Shown here: piece after piece, positions 62,664 through 64,000 of the stretch
Layout of the letters: every line of letters begins with the position of its first letter
Numbering within the stretch: the first letter of the stretch is position 1
Assembly (NCBI GenBank): GCA_035547425.1
Contig: DASZUU010000050.1
Span: 26,645 to 90,644, forward strand
Direction: 5' to 3'
DNA: 64,000 nucleotides
From: Alloacidobacterium sp.
GTDB taxonomy: Bacteria > Acidobacteriota > Terriglobia > Terriglobales > Acidobacteriaceae
Made by a program: the position numbers and the translations under genes
Notes under the pieces: model-generated
What the model saw: only the letters and a program-made list of their open reading frames with translations
Told to the model about the DNA's origin: nothing
The model's database searches: none

Positions 62664-63620
62664 ATGCCGCTCCCAACCGATGAAAAAGCACTTGCCCTGG
62701 GCCACGAAATATTAGAGACATTCGATAAAGCTTTTCATGGGCCGTATCCCGGCTTTCGCGCAGCCCATGCAAAGGGGGCTCTGCTCACGGGGAAATTTGT
62801 GCCCGCGGCAGAAGCTCGTTCACTGACGCGCGCTCCCCATATCGAGCGCGAGTCTACGCCGATTTCGGTTCGATTCTCCGACTCAGCGGGGATTCCAACC
62901 ATTGCCGATAATGATCCGCAAGGCGCAGGGCCGCGAGGATGCGCGATTCGCTTTCACCTGGCGGAGCATGTGCATACAGACATCGTAAGCCACTCGACGA
63001 ATGGCTTCCCGGTGCGCACGGCGGAAGAGATGGTGGAATTTGTCAAGGCGCTTATCGCTTCAGGGCCGGATACTCCGCATCCGACGCCGGTGGAGACGTT
63101 TTTAGGAACGCACCCGGCGGCGCTGGCTTTTGTGCAGACGCCAAAGCCGATTCCTACGAGCTTTGCGAAAGAGAATTTTTTCGCGGTCAGCGCATTCAAG
63201 TTCACGAACAAAGAGGGGGTTTCGCGGTACGGGCGATATCGCGTGCTTCCTGAACTGGGGACGGAGTATCTGGATGCGGACGCTGCGGCGGCCAAAGCTC
63301 CGAATTTTCTTTTCGACGAATTGACGCAGCGGCTGGCGAGCGGGCCGATAAGATTTCAGATATTCATACAGCTGGCGGAAGAGGGCGATGTAACCGACAA
63401 TGCCACGATTCACTGGCCGGATGACCGCAAGCTGCTGAAGTTTGGCGAGATCACGCTGGATGCATTGGCTCCGAACAACGAGGCGGAGCAGAGGCAGATT
63501 ATCTTCGATCCGATTCCTCGCGTAGATGGGATCGAGGCTTCGGCGGATCCACTTTTTGAGCCCCGGGCAACGGTGTATCTGATGAGCGGACGGCGGAGAC
63601 GCTCGGCGGGACAGCACTGA
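62664..63620 (+). CDS. Catalase-related peroxidase (SrpA-like)
   Basis: RAAHAKG, VRFS, R...Y proximal motif (RATVY); GGAGG SD. Confidence 0.9.
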   Translation: MPLPTDEKALALGHEILETFDKAFHGPYPGFRAAHAKGALLTGKFVPAAEARSLTRAPHIERESTPISVRFSDSAGIPTIADNDPQGAGPRGCAIRFHLAEHVHTDIVSHSTNGFPVRTAEEMVEFVKALIASGPDTPHPTPVETFLGTHPAALAFVQTPKPIPTSFAKENFFAVSAFKFTNKEGVSRYGRYRVLPELGTEYLDADAAAAKAPNFLFDELTQRLASGPIRFQIFIQLAEEGDVTDNATIHWPDDRKLLKFGEITLDALAPNNEAEQRQIIFDPIPRVDGIEASADPLFEPRATVYLMSGRRRRSAGQH

Positions 63621-63738
63621 GTTTTGGGTCGATTGATCCCCCCTTCGTTCCTCAGAGCCAGGATCGAGCAGACGCGTTTACGGTCTGCCGAATTCTCAAT
63701 CCACTTGGGGTAGAGTCCTGGAACGCAGAGAGAAGCCG

Positions 63739-63837
63739 ATGCAGCACATCATTGCCGGGGCGGTCATGACGGCGATGGCGTGCTCCGTCGGCATGTGGCT
63801 TAAGGATGCTCTCATCGCTTCATGCGATCGTTCATAG
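63739..63837 (+). CDS. Candidate 32-aa hydrophobic peptide (not in the ORF track)
   Basis: MQHIIAGAVMTAMACSVGMWLKDALIASCDRS, purine-rich gagagaag upstream. Confidence 0.4.
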   Translation: MQHIIAGAVMTAMACSVGMWLKDALIASCDRS

Positions 63838-64000
63838 TGTAATCTTTCTGTTTACATCTTCCTTCGTCAAGGAGCAGCCCTCTTGAACCGTCGCGCTCTT
63901 GCCAGTTGCCTCTGCCTTTCCGCGCTTGCGATTTCACTGCCTGCGCAAAATTCCGATACGTCGTCGCCGGTTTTCGGTTATCGCGATTTTTCTGCACAGG

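Noticed and set aside
63812-63997. 61-aa minus-strand ORF at the window end
   Set aside because: No motif and it may extend beyond the window; it cannot be judged, but it overlaps the candidate peptide ORF and weakens it if real.

Overview
64 kb of a GC-rich bacterial chromosome. Gene content (PadR-ADOP permease pair, split F0 atp cluster, SusD-less TonB receptor) points to Acidobacteriaceae (inference). It is mostly housekeeping and envelope genes: pheA, ubiA-like, TamA/BamA-SurA-TamB, ThiF, ECF sigma/anti-sigma, aroK, a heme O synthase cluster, mtnA, yebC, tadA, a basic amino acid decarboxylase, fdhA, atpZ-I-B-E, lysS, oxyR, pfkA, fadD, mscL and a catalase-like gene. There is also a glycan-utilisation locus at 48.4-60.2 kb (TonB receptor, GH30, LacI, HGSNAT-like, GH18, GH9). 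I found no rRNA, tRNA, CRISPR array, transposase or integrase. The best candidate for an undescribed system is a minus-strand three-gene cassette at 20.8-22.4 kb: a secreted precursor peptide with two tandem 16-aa cores that differ only synonymously, a predicted 7-TM protein, and a membrane-anchored partner. It looks like a peptide signal/receptor module. Other leads: an AT-rich in-frame patch inside lysS, an OxyR box facing an ORF-free interval, a REP-like repeat family, a GC-skew reversal flanked by split scoA/scoB genes, and an unannotated 32-aa Fst/Ldr-like peptide. Family assignments come from motif recognition and recall, not database searches. GC figures are hand counts of individual 60-nt lines.
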